Assembly (NCBI GenBank): GCA_964521765.1 | Contig: CAZFTV010000002.1 | Span: forward strand, 9,330 to 37,355 | DNA from: an uncultured Eubacteriales bacterium | GTDB taxonomy: Bacteria > Acidobacteriota > Aminicenantia > Aminicenantales > JAFGAV01 | Length of the DNA stretch: 28,026 bases | Direction: 5' to 3' | In this document: piece by piece, positions 25,953 through 28,026 of the stretch | Layout: the number at the start of each line of letters is the position of its first letter | Position numbering within the stretch: the stretch's first letter is position 1 | Notes under the pieces: generated by a model | Databases searched by the model: none | The model's input: the letters and a program-made list of their open reading frames with translations, nothing else | What the model was told of the DNA's origin: nothing | Translations under genes and position numbers: made by a program

Positions 25953-26744
25953 ATGGAAACACAGGGTCAAGACGGAAACGGGGACGGAAGCGGCGCCGGC
26001 AACGGCCGGCCGCCGGACAACCGCGCGCCGTACGGGAAGCCCGAAGGCCACCGGCGGCGGCTCCGGGAGAAATTCCTCAGGGGAGGCCTGAACGGCTTTC
26101 TGGACTACGAGGTCCTCGAGCTCCTCCTCACCCTGGCCACTCCCCGACGCGACTGCCGGGAGCTGGCCCGCGAGCTCCTCGGCGAATACCGGACTCTCCG
26201 CGCCGTGCTCGAGGCGGACGTCCGGGAGCTTCACCGCTTCAAGGGGCTCGGCCCGCGGAACGTTTTCGGCCTGAAGTTCGTCCAGGAAGTCTCGGGCCGC
26301 TTCCTCCGGGACCGGATGCTGGCCCGTCCCTACTACCGCTCCTCCAAAGAAGTCTTCGACTACCTCTACCACAGCCTGCGCGACGTCAAGCGGGAGAAGT
26401 TCAAGGTCCTGTTCCTCGACACCAAGAACCGCATCATCGAGGAGAAGACGCTCTTCGAGGGCACGGTCGACTCGAGCGTCGTCTATCCGCGGGAAGTCGT
26501 CAAGGACGCCCTGCGCTACGACGCCTCCTCGCTCATCTTCATCCACAACCACCCCTCGGGCGACCCCGAGCCCTCGCTGAGCGACCGGCAGATCACCCGC
26601 GAGCTCGTCTTCGCCGCCAAGGTCCTGCAGCTCAAGGTCCTGGACCACATCATCATCGGCCAGGGCTGCTACTACAGCTTCGCCGACCAGGGGCTGATCG
26701 AGGACTACGACCTGCTCTTCTACGAGTGGCAGAGGAAGAACTAG
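25953..26744 (+). CDS. radC: RadC family protein (N-terminal helical/HhH region + JAB domain)
   Basis: GHRRRLREKF, DYEVLELLL, KGLG HhH, EKFKVLFLD, FEGTVDSSVVYPREV, HNHPSGDPEPS.SD, VLDHIIIG. Confidence 0.93.
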   Translation: METQGQDGNGDGSGAGNGRPPDNRAPYGKPEGHRRRLREKFLRGGLNGFLDYEVLELLLTLATPRRDCRELARELLGEYRTLRAVLEADVRELHRFKGLGPRNVFGLKFVQEVSGRFLRDRMLARPYYRSSKEVFDYLYHSLRDVKREKFKVLFLDTKNRIIEEKTLFEGTVDSSVVYPREVVKDALRYDASSLIFIHNHPSGDPEPSLSDRQITRELVFAAKVLQLKVLDHIIIGQGCYYSFADQGLIEDYDLLFYEWQRKN

Positions 26745-26781
26745 GTTTTTTATCAACCGTCATGCTCCCGCTCGAACCAGG

Positions 26782-26810
26782 TTGACGCCGTCCGCGGCCG
26801 GGAATATCAT
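26782..26810 (+). promoter_or_regulatory. Putative sigma70 promoter of the AOR operon
   Basis: TTGACG (26782-26787), 17 bp, TATCAT (26805-26810). Confidence 0.6.
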
Positions 26811-26888
26811 CGTGCCGTGAGCGGAGATATCTCTCCGGGAAAAGCCGTTTCTTTCCCTCTCCGGGAATCCTGAATAGGGAGGCTGCCG

Positions 26889-27635
26889 ATGATCGAGCGT
26901 CGAGAGAGAAGCCTGACCTTGCGAGAGCTGGCGTCCCGGCGCGGGAAATCCCGCCGGGAGTTCCTGAGGACCGCCGCAGGCGGAATGGCCGGGGCGCTCA
27001 TCGCCGGCCGCTTTCTGGTCAGGGCTCTCTACGCCCATCCGTCTCCGGCCCAAGGGCAGGCCCAGGCCCAAGAGGAACAGGTCGTCTTTTCCATGATCGT
27101 CGTTGACTTTAACAAATGCACGGGCTGCCGGACCTGCGAGACCGTCTGCTCTTCCTTTAATAACAGGGTCGCCGTGAACGGCAAAGAGCTTCCGGGCCTG
27201 GGAAACCCGGCTTTATCGAATATCCGAGTATATCCCTACAATCCGGACGTCGATGTCCCCGTCACCTGCTTGATGTGCGAGGACGCGCCCTGCATCGCAG
27301 CCTGCCCGGTCGAGCCGGACCCCCGGACAGGGCGCCGGGCGCTCTATAGGGAAGGGCGGCTTCCGGTCCTGCGCAACGACCTCAGCCGCTGCATCGGCTG
27401 CGGCTCCTGCGCCGAGGCCTGCCGGACGGCGCGCGTAGGCGCGATCATCCCCAATCGCGAGACCAACAAGCCGGAACGGATGTGCACCCTTTGCGGCGGG
27501 AATCCCCAGTGCGTCCTCTACTGCCCTAACGGCGCCTTGAGTCATGTCGTTCAAGGATTGCCCGGCCAGCACTACGGGCTTTCGCCCGACTCCGCGGCCA
27601 AGCTGCTGATGGATCTCTGGTACGGGAAGCACTAG
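26889..27635 (+). CDS. Four-[4Fe-4S] electron-transfer subunit with a Tat signal, partner of the aldehyde:ferredoxin oxidoreductase
   Basis: SRREFL plus hydrophobic stretch, then CTGCRTCETVC, CLMCEDAPCIAACP, CIGCGSCAEAC, CTLCGGNPQCVLYCP. GGGAGG RBS. Confidence 0.88.
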   Translation: MIERRERSLTLRELASRRGKSRREFLRTAAGGMAGALIAGRFLVRALYAHPSPAQGQAQAQEEQVVFSMIVVDFNKCTGCRTCETVCSSFNNRVAVNGKELPGLGNPALSNIRVYPYNPDVDVPVTCLMCEDAPCIAACPVEPDPRTGRRALYREGRLPVLRNDLSRCIGCGSCAEACRTARVGAIIPNRETNKPERMCTLCGGNPQCVLYCPNGALSHVVQGLPGQHYGLSPDSAAKLLMDLWYGKH

Positions 27636-27644
27636 GAGGACGAC

Positions 27645-28026
27645 ATGGCGGAAAAAATCTACGGCTACAACGGCATCCTCCTCGAAGCGGACTTGTCCCG
27701 GAAGAAAATCAGCCGGCTCCCTCTCGCCAGAGAGGATGCGCGGAATTTCATCGGCGGCCGCGGCCTGGGCATGAAGCTTCTGGCCGACAGGTTGAAAAGG
27801 CCCGGGGTGGACCCCCTGTCGCCCGAAAATCCCCTGCTGTTCATGCCGGGGTCGTTCTCGGGGTTCCCGGTGCCCTCCTCCTCCAGGACCTGCGTCGTCA
27901 CGAAGTCGCCGCGGACCTCGCCCCTGAAATCCAGGAATCCCTTCGCTTCGACCGTGAGCTACGCCAACATGGGAGGGTTTTTCGGCCCAGAGATCCGCTT
28001 CGCCGGCTACGACGGGATCATCGTCA
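27645..28026 (+). CDS. Aldehyde:ferredoxin oxidoreductase family (W/Mo-bis-pterin) catalytic subunit, N-terminus (partial; not in the ORF track)
   Basis: AGGAGG RBS, then MAEKIYGYNGILLEADLS...FIGGRGLG...VDPLSPENPLLF...VVTKSP...ANMGGFFGPEIRFAGYDGII, running off the window end. Confidence 0.92.
   Translation, partial: MAEKIYGYNGILLEADLSRKKISRLPLAREDARNFIGGRGLGMKLLADRLKRPGVDPLSPENPLLFMPGSFSGFPVPSSSRTCVVTKSPRTSPLKSRNPFASTVSYANMGGFFGPEIRFAGYDGIIV

Noticed and set aside
25953-26744. radC as a marker of an integrative element
   Set aside because: It is the full-length chromosomal type with core-like GC, and no integrase or att site is nearby.
26811-26888. Moco/tungsten riboswitch upstream of the AOR operon
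   Set aside because: The leader is only about 70 nt with one short hairpin, too short for the known motif as I recall it. An Rfam scan would settle it.

Overview
GC-rich bacterial chromosome segment, probably close to the replication origin. From 1 to 12.1 kb it is housekeeping: the 3' end of a Jag/R3H gene, mnmE-mnmG, a perfect parS directly followed by parA-parB, a bactofilin, kdsB-pyrG-kdsA-kdsD, a phosphomanno/glucomutase and manC. From about 12.1 to 17.9 kb is a visibly AT-richer accessory block. It holds a 144-bp element with 24-bp terminal inverted repeats, a membrane-anchored HExxH protein, a decayed IS91/ISCR-like transposase, an Lcl/DUF1566 gene enclosed by two inverted 109-bp ori-like ends, a decayed IS481-like element, and a 39-bp direct repeat bracketing about 3 kb. 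From 17.9 to 23.6 kb is a tightly coupled operon joining succinate dehydrogenase/fumarate reductase (one small anchor subunit, no sdhD) to a Rieske protein, a cytochrome b (frameshifted here) and a URO-D/MtaA-like protein lacking the usual Zn ligands. This operon is the best candidate for an undescribed system. The window ends with a Phd/RelE toxin-antitoxin pair, a secreted hypothetical protein, radC and the start of an aldehyde:ferredoxin oxidoreductase operon whose Fe-S subunit has a Tat signal. All family calls come from manual motif recognition and remembered consensus sequences; no database search was run. Starts marked as re-assigned differ from the supplied ORF track.
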